Positions 1 through 9,710 of a stretch of DNA of 64,000 bases are shown piece by piece. The notes under the pieces were generated by a model. It ran no database searches. It was not told the origin of the DNA and saw only the letters and a list, made by a program, of their open reading frames with translations. Both the position numbers and the translations under genes were made by a program. This DNA comes from a virus (lineage: Duplodnaviria > Caudoviricetes), in the IMG/VR virus record IMGVR_UViG_3300023055_000005, one strand, 5' to 3'. Positions within the stretch are counted from its first letter, which is position 1; each line of letters starts with the position of its first letter.

Positions 1-177
1 GCCCAGGAACTGACGGAGCTTACCTCCACCGTCGATGCCAATGCAGCGGCACGTAACAACTTCAGGTCGAACTTCATGGGCACCCGTGATGACGACACCA
101 TCGACGATCGACCCACCAATAGCGGCCGTAGCCGCTGGACCGAGAATGACCGCAATGACGCTGATTCCGTTCTATAG
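1..177 (+). CDS. 3' end of upstream gene (partial); by synteny possibly the phiKZ gp68-like nvRNAP subunit
   Basis: Frame 1 is open from base 1 (AQELTELTSTVDANAAARNNF...NDADSVL) to TAG at 175-177 and overlaps the next start. Identity rests on synteny only. Confidence 0.5.
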   Translation, partial: AQELTELTSTVDANAAARNNFRSNFMGTRDDDTIDDRPTNSGRSRWTENDRNDADSVL

Positions 178-1573
178 TTCCTTGCTCGATTCGCTCAACG
201 TTGTACAGAGCGATGATGGCAAGCTTTCCCTGCTCGTCGGCAACGAAGAGCGCCCGCTGCTGATCAGCGGCAAACGTGCGGCCATGCCGATCGCTGAAGT
301 GCTGCGTGGCGGCATCGATGATGGCGTCGTGGTATTCCATCCGCTGTCGGAGAAGATCTTCCGCGGCGAATCGGAAGTCCTGAAGAAGCTGAAGGAGCTG
401 GTGACCCTGCGACTGGGCACCGCTCTGACGCTGACGATGGCGCACATCCTGGACATCGCCGCAGAACCCGAGCAGCACAAGAAGCTGCCGCCGCAGGCCA
501 TCAAGCTGCTGCGCAACCTGCCCGACGCTGACGACAAGTTGGTCAAGACCTTCGAGAAGATCACCGAGACCTTCGCCGAGCACAAGGAGCACCGGCCGTT
601 CAAGCTGTTCCTGCGCAAGAGCGGCGTGATCGGTGATACCACCTACAGCCGTGTGGCCAAGGTGGACTTCCCGTACATCGACCAGATCGATCTGGAAAAG
701 ACCGACCTGTTCGGCTTGAAGGTCCGCAAGCGTGATCCGAAGGCGCTGTTCAACCTGATGGATATCGTGGTGCCTGGCTGCGCGGTGCCCAACACCTACA
801 GCTACGGCAGCAACGCGCTGATCGCTCCCAACTTCGATGCCCTGATGCGTGCCTACCACAAGGTGGCCAAGCAGATCAACGAAGTCAGCGAGCTGTTCCG
901 CGACAAGAACGAGGAAGTCAATGAGCTGTACATCGACCTGAGCTGGTTCGATGGCATGGACGACCTCGACAACCTTGCCGTGCAGGTGCCCTCGATGTCG
1001 GGCAACGAAGGCAACGTGGCCATCGAAGAACGTGCACCGGGTGATGACAAGGAACGCGAGAAGCCGGTCGAACCGGAACGCGTGCCGGAAACCCGCCGCA
1101 ACGAAGAACGCGACGATCGTGATGATCGACGTGATCCGCTGCGTGACAACCGTGGTGACCGCGAGTTCTCCGAATCGCGCGATCGCTACCGTCGTGAACG
1201 TGATGAAAGCCGTGGCCGTGATCGTGACCGTCGTGATGACGAACGCGAACCGGCCCGTAGCAGTCTCACCGACCGCTACACCGGCAAGGCGGATAGCGCC
1301 CCTTTCCGCGACTCGTCGTCGTCCAGGGATCGCGACGATTCGAGGTACGGAAGCCGGCGCGATGGCTCCTCCGAGCGCGCTGGATATCATCAGAGGCCTC
1401 GGAATGGCTGGCGTTCTGATGATCGCGACGATCGTGGTCGTGATCGTGACTACCACTACCGCGGTGAGCGCGATCGCGATGATCGTGATGACCGTCGTAG
1501 CAGTCGGCGTGACCGTGATGACCGTTACGACCGCGATGACCGCGGCCGTGGACGTCGTGACCGTCGCTACTGA
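146..1573 (+). CDS. Conserved Chimalliviridae core protein, likely PicA/Imp1 (phiKZ gp69-like) phage-nucleus import factor, with Arg/Asp-rich disordered C-terminal tail
   Basis: Coding-like codon usage. Start is probably ATG 146 or 155 rather than 35. It lies just before a small opposite-strand gene and the nvRNAP beta/beta'/helicase block, as gp69 does in phiKZ. The last ~175 aa are R/D/E/S low complexity. Confidence 0.55.
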   Translation: MTAMTLIPFYSSLLDSLNVVQSDDGKLSLLVGNEERPLLISGKRAAMPIAEVLRGGIDDGVVVFHPLSEKIFRGESEVLKKLKELVTLRLGTALTLTMAHILDIAAEPEQHKKLPPQAIKLLRNLPDADDKLVKTFEKITETFAEHKEHRPFKLFLRKSGVIGDTTYSRVAKVDFPYIDQIDLEKTDLFGLKVRKRDPKALFNLMDIVVPGCAVPNTYSYGSNALIAPNFDALMRAYHKVAKQINEVSELFRDKNEEVNELYIDLSWFDGMDDLDNLAVQVPSMSGNEGNVAIEERAPGDDKEREKPVEPERVPETRRNEERDDRDDRRDPLRDNRGDREFSESRDRYRRERDESRGRDRDRRDDEREPARSSLTDRYTGKADSAPFRDSSSSRDRDDSRYGSRRDGSSERAGYHQRPRNGWRSDDRDDRGRDRDYHYRGERDRDDRDDRRSSRRDRDDRYDRDDRGRGRRDRRY

Positions 1574-1578
1574 GTAAC

Positions 1579-1620
1579 GGCATAGGCGGGGGGATAAACC
1601 CCCCCGCTTATTTTTTTGCC
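1579..1620. terminator. Bidirectional hairpin terminator between convergent genes
   Basis: GGCATA-GGCGGGGGG-ATAAA-CCCCCCGCT-TATTTTTTTGCC. Confidence 0.75.
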
Positions 1621-1626
1621 TTCGAC

Positions 1627-1986
1627 TCACTGGCCAGAGGTCATCAGAGTGCGCTTCTCGGTGATGTAGCGAGACCGCAGCTTCTCGATAACTTGAGAAG
1701 ACGGAACCCGCAGAACCGTTTCGGTCCCAAGGAAGTCTTCATTGCTGCGCATGTTGTTGACGCGCATGACAATGTGGTGCATGAAGCGTGGCACATCCAT
1801 GGCGGTGAGCAAGCCTGCCAGATCGCCTTCATTCTTCCACCCGTGACGTTCAGGCACAGGCATCAACGTCGTCGAGGCGTCCCGACGCAACAGCCCCAGG
1901 TGAGACTCAATCATCCGGATGAAGTCAGGGTCGTAGTAGATATCGAGCCCGTCGTCTCGTTTCGTTCTGCGTAGACTCGATTGCAT
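1627..1986 (-). CDS. Small conserved protein (phiKZ gp70-like position)
   Basis: 119-aa ORF convergent on the upstream gene and divergent from RNAP beta. The C-terminal VMRVNNM...VLRVP segment is faintly LysM/tail-X-like. Confidence 0.7.
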   Translation of the reverse strand: MQSSLRRTKRDDGLDIYYDPDFIRMIESHLGLLRRDASTTLMPVPERHGWKNEGDLAGLLTAMDVPRFMHHIVMRVNNMRSNEDFLGTETVLRVPSSQVIEKLRSRYITEKRTLMTSGQ

Positions 1987-2000
1987 GACCGCTCCAAAAG

Positions 2001-2030
2001 AAAAAAGTACAAACCTATATCATTCATTAG
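2001..2030 (+). promoter_or_regulatory. Candidate phage promoter for the nvRNAP operon
   Basis: AAAAAAGTACAAACCTATATCATTCA in an AT-rich divergent gap; resembles the A-tract...CC(T)TATAT(A/C)A motif found elsewhere in the window. Confidence 0.4.
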
Positions 2031-2078
2031 CAGAAGAGATTTGAAGTCTGCATTCGCTAGGTTAACGGAGCACCAAGA

Positions 2079-4190
2079 ATGTCCGAGCATTCGCACGACT
2101 TTCACAACCCCAAAGGTCGTGAACAGTTGTCCCCGCAATTGCTGGGGTTGAGTTCGCTCAACAGCTTTCCCGCAGAAACATCATCCTCACGTGCGCAGAT
2201 GTGGACATCGCACATGGGGCAGACCCAGGTAGTAAAGGGAGCATGTCCGCCTGTAATTGCCACTGGCACGGAGTGGGATTACGGTCAGTACACCTTCAAC
2301 ATCAAGATGCCGTGCAATGCGATCATTCGCAAAGTCATTCCCAAATACAACACGCGCACGGTCGGTTACGAGTCCATCCGCGAGAACCCATCCACGCTGG
2401 TGATCTTCGAAGATGCCGACAGCCGCGCTGGCCGCATCGACTGCATCGAGATCCCCCGCCACTGCATCCACCATCAGCACTTCGGGTTCATCTATGTTCC
2501 CACGGCCGCTGAGAAGATGCTCTACGAAGGTGCAGCCATCGAGGAAGGCACGATCCTCGCAGACTCGCCCAACGTAGATGAGAACGGCGACTACAACTTC
2601 GGCATTGAGGCGCAGGTAGCCCTGATGTCGTTGCCGGGCGTCATCGAGGACGGCATCATCGTCAGCGAAGACTTCCTGGAGTCGATCACCTCAGTTGGCA
2701 TCGAGACCCGTACCTTCAGCTTCGGCAAGAAGCGTTTCCCGCTGAACATGTACGGCCGTGACTCCGGTGACTACCGTCCGTTCCCCGAGATCGGTCAGGC
2801 GGTTGCTGAAGATGGCATCGTGTGCGCACTGCGTGAGTACGATCCGATCCTTGCCCCGATCCACATGTCTCCCCAGGCACTGCGGACTCCGGATGCTCCC
2901 CACGATGACGTGATCTACGCACCGCCCGGTGCTATCGTGCGTGACATCCAGGTGTGGCATGACAACCGTCGTTCCTCGGCACCGCCGACTCCGGTGGGTA
3001 TGGAAGTACAGCCGGCACGCTATCACTCGGCGGCATCGCGCTATTACAAGGCGATCATCGACACCGTGGAAGGCGTGGAACGTGAGCGCAAGCGCGCAGG
3101 TCGTCCGTTCCAGTTGGGCGAGCGGCTGGAGGAAGTGATGGTCAAGGCCATCGCTGATGATCCCAGCAACGGCGGCGATCAGAAGATCACCTACACCTAC
3201 CGCAACGAACCGCTGGATGACTGGCGTGTCGAGATCACTCTGGAATATCCGGTGATCCCCGACATCGGTTCCAAGGCGACCGGGCAGGATGGTGACAAGG
3301 GCGTCTTCGTGGAAGTGCGCAAGCGTGAAGAAATGCCGGTGGACATGCACGGCAATCGCGCTGACATCGTCATGGATGCTGAGTCTGGCATCAAGCGCAT
3401 GAACATGGGCCGTCTGTACCGTCAGTACTTCGCATCGTCCTGCCTGTACCACACCGGCGTGGTGCGTGACATGTACGACAAGAAGGTGCCGATCGAAGAG
3501 ATCTGGGACTTCATGCTGGGCTACTACGCCATCTGCTCCCCGATCAAGCACCAGCTCCTGACCAGCGCAAGCTACCAGGGCACGCCCGAAGAGCACATCC
3601 GTTCCATCGTCAAGGATCAGATCCGTCTGACCATCCCGTGTGACAACCCGGCACGTTCCATCGACATGGTGCGTGAGCTGGAGAAAGCCTACCCGACGCC
3701 GTATGGTCCGGTGAGCTTCATCGGCAAGCGGGGCAACAAGATCACCACCAAGAACAAGGTGCGGATCGGCGGGCTGTATATCCTGGTGCTGGAAAAGACG
3801 GGTAACGACTGGGCAGCAGTATCGTCCGGCAAGACCAGCCACTTCGGGTTCCCGGCCAAGCGTACGCAGCGTGACCGCTACAGTGAACCGGGTCGTACCG
3901 GCTCCACTCGCGTGGGCGGTGAGGCGGAAGTCCGTCTGGGTGAAGCAATTGCCCAAGGTACGTTCGCTGAACTGATCGAGCAGTCCAACAGCCCGGTAAC
4001 GCACGGCAACATCGTGTTCAACATTCTGACCCACCCAACGCCGAGCAACATGGATACGGCAGTGGATCGGAACATTGCACCGCGCGGCCAAGGGCGCAAC
4101 CTGCGATTCCCGAAGCACATCTTCGGATGCTTCGGCTTCAGGATGATTCAGGTTGATCCCGAAACGGGTGAAACCCTCCAGCGTCTGTGA
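2079..4190 (+). CDS. Non-virion RNA polymerase beta subunit, C-terminal part (phiKZ gp71-73-like)
   Basis: Beta-type motifs SSSRAQMWTSH, EDGIIVS, GSKATGQDGDKGV (two catalytic Lys), DIVMD, RMNMGRLY, YILVLEK, RVGGEAE. Confidence 0.93.
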   Translation: MSEHSHDFHNPKGREQLSPQLLGLSSLNSFPAETSSSRAQMWTSHMGQTQVVKGACPPVIATGTEWDYGQYTFNIKMPCNAIIRKVIPKYNTRTVGYESIRENPSTLVIFEDADSRAGRIDCIEIPRHCIHHQHFGFIYVPTAAEKMLYEGAAIEEGTILADSPNVDENGDYNFGIEAQVALMSLPGVIEDGIIVSEDFLESITSVGIETRTFSFGKKRFPLNMYGRDSGDYRPFPEIGQAVAEDGIVCALREYDPILAPIHMSPQALRTPDAPHDDVIYAPPGAIVRDIQVWHDNRRSSAPPTPVGMEVQPARYHSAASRYYKAIIDTVEGVERERKRAGRPFQLGERLEEVMVKAIADDPSNGGDQKITYTYRNEPLDDWRVEITLEYPVIPDIGSKATGQDGDKGVFVEVRKREEMPVDMHGNRADIVMDAESGIKRMNMGRLYRQYFASSCLYHTGVVRDMYDKKVPIEEIWDFMLGYYAICSPIKHQLLTSASYQGTPEEHIRSIVKDQIRLTIPCDNPARSIDMVRELEKAYPTPYGPVSFIGKRGNKITTKNKVRIGGLYILVLEKTGNDWAAVSSGKTSHFGFPAKRTQRDRYSEPGRTGSTRVGGEAEVRLGEAIAQGTFAELIEQSNSPVTHGNIVFNILTHPTPSNMDTAVDRNIAPRGQGRNLRFPKHIFGCFGFRMIQVDPETGETLQRL

Positions 4191-6148
4191 GGACTATGAG
4201 CAAGTATTACAAGGCAAGGGACGTCGCAGCGATGTCCCACGACGAACTCTGGGATATTCCCGATGGCCTGCACGAGGTCGAGTTCGACGACGGAACTGTG
4301 GAGGTCAAGGGTCGCTACCTGATCCTGTCCTCCTACATCTGGCGATTCGTCAACGAGTGGCCTGACGCACCGCTGCTGAAGGAGCACTTGTACTCGGAGA
4401 AGGAGTTCTCCAACAAGGCCTTCCTGAAGCTGCTGGGCACCATGCTGTTCAACGTGTTTGACACGTACGACATGCGGCGTGACCCGGCTAACATCGAGGA
4501 TCTGTGCAAGTACTTGTACGAGATCGTCAATGCGGTGTTCAACAACTTCACGCTGAACTGTGAAGAGAACGCAACCTCCCTCGATATCCTGGACTTGATC
4601 GAGGTGGTGGACTACCCGGAGATCGCAGCAGCCAAGGCTGCGGCACTGCCCACCCAGCGCGGCATCAAGAAGGCCCACGCGGCTATCAAGGATTCCCTGC
4701 TGGATGCGGAAGATCTCAGCCACAACGCCACGGCGAAGATTGCCCGGCGTCTGCTGGTTTCGATCGACCAGATCATCCAGTGTATCGGCCCCCGCGGCTT
4801 CATTACCGATATCGCATCGGTGACGTTCCGCGAGCCGGTGATGTCCGGCTACATCGAAGGTCTGAACACGCTGTACGAGTTCATGATCGAGGCGCAGTCG
4901 GCTTCCAAGTCGCTGCTGTTCAACAAGGATCCGTTGGCTGACTCGGAGTACCACAACCGTAAGCAGCAGCTGTCTGCTAACGTGGTGCGCCGTGTGGAAC
5001 GTGGTGATTGCGGTACGCCGTACTACACCACCTTCAACATCAAGGCCAGCGACCTTCGTGCATTTGCGGGCAAGTACTACTACGGCGATGACGGCAAGCT
5101 GTTGACGCTGAAGGAAACCGACCGCCACCTGCACGGTGCCAAGATCAAGATGCGCTCGGTGCCGCATTGCCAGCACAAGGATCACGGTACGGTCTGCTCG
5201 ACGTGCTTTGGTGAGTTGTGGATCTCCATCCCCGACGAAACCAACCTGGGCCATGTGGCAGCAACGGTCTTCTGTAAGCTGATCTCTCAGCTGATCCTGT
5301 CCACCAAGCATTTGGATAGCAATGCCTCGGTGGATGAGATCAACATCAGCGACATGGACAAGATGTACATCCAGGTTGCCGATGACCCCAACCAGATCCA
5401 GTTCACGGAAATGATGGGGAAGCAGAAGTTCAAGATGGTGATCCATGCATCGGAAGCCAAGTACCTGTCCGACGTCAACTTCGTGTCGGAAGTGGATCAG
5501 CTGCCGATCTCCCGCATGAGCGAAATGACGGCTGTAAAGTTGGTCATCGGAGAAGGATCTAATGTACAGGTTATGGTCGTCCCGGTTGAGATGAATGGTC
5601 GCAAGGCCTACTTGACCTACGACATCCTGGACTACATCAAGCGCAAGAGCTGGACGATCAACCACGAAGGCAACATCGTGATCGACATGTCCGAGTTCGA
5701 TGTGAACAAGGCTGCTTTCGAGCTGCCCCAGCGTCACATCAACATGGTCGACTACATGCGCTGGATGGAAGCGTTCCTGCGATCCTCCGGTCGTTCCGAG
5801 CGTAAGAAGATGGGTATCGAGAAGCGCCGCGTGCTGAGTGACTTCAACAGCATTGACGCTGCGTTGGCCGAACTGTATGAGATGGCCAGCTCCAAGCTGA
5901 CCGTCCCGATCGCATACCTGGAAGTGCTGATGTACTCCACCATGGTGCGTGATCCGGCCAATCGCGACCATCGACTGCCCAAGGGCGGTGACCCGATTCA
6001 CTTCGGTACGTTCGGCGACAACATGACCCGTCGTTCCTTGACTGGTCCGCTGGCGTATCAGGATCAGATCGGCGTCATCACCGACGTGGAGTCCTACATC
6101 CTGCGGCATCGTCCGCCGCATGTGCTGGATGAGATGGTTATCGGCTAA
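4187..6148 (+). CDS. Non-virion RNA polymerase beta' subunit, C-terminal part (phiKZ gp74-like)
   Basis: Bridge-helix-like LADSEYHNRKQQL...GDCGT, Zn site RSVPHC...VCSTCFG, trigger-loop-like LGHVAATVFCKLISQLILSTKH; overlaps the upstream stop. Confidence 0.92.
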   Translation: MRTMSKYYKARDVAAMSHDELWDIPDGLHEVEFDDGTVEVKGRYLILSSYIWRFVNEWPDAPLLKEHLYSEKEFSNKAFLKLLGTMLFNVFDTYDMRRDPANIEDLCKYLYEIVNAVFNNFTLNCEENATSLDILDLIEVVDYPEIAAAKAAALPTQRGIKKAHAAIKDSLLDAEDLSHNATAKIARRLLVSIDQIIQCIGPRGFITDIASVTFREPVMSGYIEGLNTLYEFMIEAQSASKSLLFNKDPLADSEYHNRKQQLSANVVRRVERGDCGTPYYTTFNIKASDLRAFAGKYYYGDDGKLLTLKETDRHLHGAKIKMRSVPHCQHKDHGTVCSTCFGELWISIPDETNLGHVAATVFCKLISQLILSTKHLDSNASVDEINISDMDKMYIQVADDPNQIQFTEMMGKQKFKMVIHASEAKYLSDVNFVSEVDQLPISRMSEMTAVKLVIGEGSNVQVMVVPVEMNGRKAYLTYDILDYIKRKSWTINHEGNIVIDMSEFDVNKAAFELPQRHINMVDYMRWMEAFLRSSGRSERKKMGIEKRRVLSDFNSIDAALAELYEMASSKLTVPIAYLEVLMYSTMVRDPANRDHRLPKGGDPIHFGTFGDNMTRRSLTGPLAYQDQIGVITDVESYILRHRPPHVLDEMVIG

Positions 6149-6154
6149 GTGTAA

Positions 6155-6245
6155 GGAGGGCTGGGCAACTAGCCCTCCATGTAACAGGCGGCACCTCTGG
6201 ACGGGGGACTTCGGTCCCCCACGTTCACGGGTACAGGTTTTTTCT
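6155..6245 (+). terminator. Tandem hairpins after beta' gene (probable terminator)
   Basis: GGAGGGCTGG-GCAA-CTAGCCCTCC (6155-6178) and GGGGGAC-TTCG-GTCCCCC (6203-6220), followed by a T-rich tract. Confidence 0.6.
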
Positions 6246-6258
6246 TTTGGAGATATCC

Positions 6259-7791
6259 GTGGATCAGCTCAATTACGCGATGCGCATTGATGTCTACACG
6301 CATTACGTGAAAGCAACCAAGTTTGACACCATGGGCAAGACGGCGCTCTTTGAGTTCGCCATCGCCCAAGGTATCCGCGGATGGAAGCCCATCGGTCGCG
6401 GTAAGTCAGTCCAGTGCATTACGTCGATCTTCGCTGCGGCGACCAAGGATCGATCAGAGTTCCGTTTCCACATCAACCATTTCGAAGCGCTGAAGCGCCA
6501 CCTGATTGCTCACGACATCGGTCCGAACAAGATCGAATTCGTCCAGCATGGGGAATACATCCCGGCGATCGCGAACTTCGTCAAGATTTCGGATAAGAGC
6601 CTGTTTGATTATCAGGTTCCTCTCCATGAGTATTTCATCGCCCCAGGTAAGACAAAGGTCGTCACCCTCCAGACTGGTAAGGGTAAGACGATGCTGTTCC
6701 TGGAGTCGGTGTACAAGATCCAGAAGCGGGTGATCTTAATCATCCGTCCCAAGTTCATCGACAAGTGGATCCTTGACTTCCGTGAGATGTTCAAGGAGAC
6801 CGACACGTCGCTGGCTGTTATCCGGGGCGGTGGGCCGCTGTCTAACATGCTGCAGGCCTGCGTTGACGGCACCTTCGACGTCGACTTCACGATCATCTCC
6901 AACAAGACCTATCAGCTCTGGCTGAAGGACTACGAACACACGCGTGGTCAGTCCGGGGAGTATCCGCTCAACCCTGACATGCTGTGCGAGGCAACCAAGG
7001 CTGGCGTCATAGCCGTGGACGAGGTGCATCTGGACTTCCATCTGAACTACAAGATGGACCTGTACACCCACGGCGCCAAGTCGATGAACATGTCGGCTAC
7101 GTTGGTCAGCGGCAACCCGAAGATCACCGAGATGTATCAGGTCAAGTTCCCGAAGTTGGAACGATCACCTGAGATCGAATACGACAAGTACATCGCAGTG
7201 TCCGCTCTGTCCTACACCCTGCTCTCACAGAAGGGGATGCGCTACAAGCGCAGCATGGGCTACTCGCACACCGCGTACGAAGAATCGATCATGAAGGACA
7301 AGGAGCGCTTGCGCAACTACCTCTCCATGATCGCAGGTATCACCAAGACGACTTACGTCAATCGCATGGTGACTGGCCAGAAGATGCTGATCTTCGCATC
7401 CACCGTTGAGATGTGCACACTGATCACCAAGTTCATCGAACCGATGTTCCCCGATCAGAAGGTGAATCGCTACGTGGGTGAGGACGACTACAGCGATCTG
7501 CACACCGCAGATATCGTGGTCAGTACCATCCAGTCGGCAGGTACAGCGGTTGACGTTGACGGACTGTGGATTGTGTTGATGACTGACTCGATTGACTCGA
7601 TCCAGTCCAACCTGCAGGTTCTCGGTCGTCTGCGCAAGATGAAGGGTAAGTTCCTCGGCATCACGCCGGAGTTCTACTACCTGTTCTGTAATCAAGTCGA
7701 AAAGCAAGTCCAGTATCACATGAACAAGTTGGAGCATTTCTCCGGCCGCGTAATTGGACACAGAACCTTGCTTACCTCCTACAAGGTGTAA
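6259..7791 (+). CDS. SF2 DExH helicase (UvsW-like; phiKZ gp75-like)
   Basis: Walker A LQTGKGKT, Walker B AVDEVH, motif III SAT, motif VI QVLGRLR. Probable GTG start at 6259 after GGAGA. Confidence 0.9.
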   Translation: MDQLNYAMRIDVYTHYVKATKFDTMGKTALFEFAIAQGIRGWKPIGRGKSVQCITSIFAAATKDRSEFRFHINHFEALKRHLIAHDIGPNKIEFVQHGEYIPAIANFVKISDKSLFDYQVPLHEYFIAPGKTKVVTLQTGKGKTMLFLESVYKIQKRVILIIRPKFIDKWILDFREMFKETDTSLAVIRGGGPLSNMLQACVDGTFDVDFTIISNKTYQLWLKDYEHTRGQSGEYPLNPDMLCEATKAGVIAVDEVHLDFHLNYKMDLYTHGAKSMNMSATLVSGNPKITEMYQVKFPKLERSPEIEYDKYIAVSALSYTLLSQKGMRYKRSMGYSHTAYEESIMKDKERLRNYLSMIAGITKTTYVNRMVTGQKMLIFASTVEMCTLITKFIEPMFPDQKVNRYVGEDDYSDLHTADIVVSTIQSAGTAVDVDGLWIVLMTDSIDSIQSNLQVLGRLRKMKGKFLGITPEFYYLFCNQVEKQVQYHMNKLEHFSGRVIGHRTLLTSYKV

Positions 7792-7792
7792 C

Positions 7793-8428
7793 ATGGAATC
7801 GAACGAAGAGCGTGTCTTAGTGTACGCTGACCAGATCCGGGGTGGCGTCAACCACCCCGGCGTAGCTGCCCACACTCCGGCAGAGAAAGACTGGCGCTAC
7901 TACATGGACGAATGTCAGGATACCGAGAAGGCCTGGCTGACCATCCATGCAAAGCACTACCAGCCCCGCTGGATGGCTATCCTGATCCACAAGCCGCGTC
8001 TGTCAACGATCGCCACCGTCTGGAGTGAAGACCGGATGGTGAAAGAAGAGTGGCGTCAGGGCAACCGTGCCCAGGATCTGCTGACTGGCATCAAGCGTGC
8101 ACTGACTGGCATGTGCTACATGCTTGGTCCGGACACCACGATGAAGATGATGAACATCAACGGTCGCGCCTTCATCACTGCCGCTCTGGCTTCGTTGGAC
8201 ATGGAAGCATCTCCGCATGAGAACCCGGCGCTGAACATGCTGGCGGCAATCATGGCAGACGCTTCGTGCGAGCTGTATCCGACCGACCCGCGTTGTGGCT
8301 ACATCCACCTGTGCGGTCAGGTAGGCGTCCCGTTCCGCTTCCTCAGCGCTATCATGCCCATCGTTGATGAGTACTTCGAAGCGCGCGATGAAGCTGTGGC
8401 CGAAGGCTACCAAGAACTTAGTTCGTAA
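7793..8428 (+). CDS. Hypothetical protein
   Basis: ATG immediately after the helicase stop; coding-like codon usage; no motif recognised. Confidence 0.75.
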   Translation: MESNEERVLVYADQIRGGVNHPGVAAHTPAEKDWRYYMDECQDTEKAWLTIHAKHYQPRWMAILIHKPRLSTIATVWSEDRMVKEEWRQGNRAQDLLTGIKRALTGMCYMLGPDTTMKMMNINGRAFITAALASLDMEASPHENPALNMLAAIMADASCELYPTDPRCGYIHLCGQVGVPFRFLSAIMPIVDEYFEARDEAVAEGYQELSS

Positions 8429-8431
8429 GAA

Positions 8432-8466
8432 CATAAAGCCCCTCCCGTCTTGGGAGGGGCGATATG
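8432..8466. repeat. CATA-hairpin-TATG element; inverted near-copy of 58377-58410
   Basis: CATAAAGCCCCTCCCGTCTTGGGAGGGGCGATATG; its reverse complement matches 58377-58410 except for one extra A in the loop. Confidence 0.85.
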
Positions 8467-8495
8467 CTGTTAATCAACCAAGGAGCAACACAAAG

Positions 8496-9668
8496 ATGTC
8501 GATGTCACATGAAGCAATTGCCCTGCGTGGTAGCTTGATCCGCTTGCAGGCGATCGTTGGTATCATTCTCGAAGCCGGTGCACAGATCAACGAAGAGCAC
8601 GTGCAGGAGCTGTCCAAGTACATCGGTGAGCTCGGGTTTGTCAACGAGAGCTTCCAATACGAGCGCGTCATCTCGCTGATCAACACGGGCAATTACGAAA
8701 GCTACGCTCGCCCGCCGAATGAACTGATTGATGCAATGGCTGCTCGCGTGAGCAACTCCAACGTCGCCGGCGTTCTCTCGGCCGCGCAGTCCCTGAAGAA
8801 GATCACCACGCCCAAGGAGTACAAGAAGGTTGATTTTGCCGAGGTCATTGCAAGGCAGAAAGCTTCTTCCGCAGAACAGGTCTACGAGCGTACCCGTGAC
8901 CTGATGCTGTACTTCCGCGATGATGCCCAGAAGAGCCACCCTGCCAATCCGGCGCTGGCTTTGCGTCACGCCGTCCAACTGACGGAGAACGAACTGCGCA
9001 AGGAGTTCGATGGAATCTGCAAAGTCATGCTTCGCGTTACGGACGGTACGGCAACGGTTATCATCAACCTGGATGAGCCGGGGGTCGGTCAACACCCGCC
9101 GCGTGAAGTGAACTACGACTACACCTACGCTGAAGGCAGTGTCATCAGCCAGATCGTCAAGGAGGCCAAGCATCTTCTTGCTACTGGGTTTGTTCAGGGC
9201 TGCAGGCAGTGGCCTGATAACCGGCTCTTGGCTGCGCACATGACTGTCAATGGGACCAGCGGTGTGCTCAACCTGCGCGGCGAGCGTCACTATGTCTACC
9301 GCATCAATCTGGTGGAGGACACCGGTGAGGTGCTACTGAAGGTTACCGATCGAGCGGGCAACGTCATTGGTGAACAGATCGTCGGTGACCTGCTCAACAA
9401 GAAGTACGCTCACCTCGAAGCTCCAGTTCGACAAATGGCGGAGCAGCTCATCAACAGCACCGAGCTCCCTACGTACGAGGAGTGCGTCGCTATCGAGCAT
9501 GACCTGCGCGCCATGTACCTCAATTTCATTCACCCGAAGTTGCGCGACATCTCCGAGGTCGAGATCAAGACGTTCAAGTACGCGGCAAATGGGCGCCCGT
9601 TCTTCATGGTGGCCATCGATTCCACCGACCTGGAACATGAGATCGTATTCCCGGTCTACATGGAGTAA
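8496..9668 (+). CDS. Hypothetical protein
   Basis: AAGGAG Shine-Dalgarno at 8480-8485 before ATG 8496; ~390 aa; no motif recognised. Confidence 0.8.
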   Translation: MSMSHEAIALRGSLIRLQAIVGIILEAGAQINEEHVQELSKYIGELGFVNESFQYERVISLINTGNYESYARPPNELIDAMAARVSNSNVAGVLSAAQSLKKITTPKEYKKVDFAEVIARQKASSAEQVYERTRDLMLYFRDDAQKSHPANPALALRHAVQLTENELRKEFDGICKVMLRVTDGTATVIINLDEPGVGQHPPREVNYDYTYAEGSVISQIVKEAKHLLATGFVQGCRQWPDNRLLAAHMTVNGTSGVLNLRGERHYVYRINLVEDTGEVLLKVTDRAGNVIGEQIVGDLLNKKYAHLEAPVRQMAEQLINSTELPTYEECVAIEHDLRAMYLNFIHPKLRDISEVEIKTFKYAANGRPFFMVAIDSTDLEHEIVFPVYME

Positions 9669-9673
9669 GCGGA

Positions 9674-9710
9674 CATACTCCCCCTCCCGGTTGGGAGGGG
9701 GAGCTATGCC
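9674..9710. terminator. Bidirectional hairpin terminator between convergent genes
   Basis: CATA-CTCCCCCTCCC-GGTT-GGGAGGGGGAG-C-TATGCC, then a T-rich tract. Confidence 0.75.

Noticed and set aside
146-1573. ORF as Rho-like or as the gp68 nvRNAP subunit
   Set aside because: The RD-rich region resembles Rho insertions, but there are no Rho ATPase motifs. Gene order fits gp69 better, with gp68 as the partial upstream ORF. Not fully resolved without a search.
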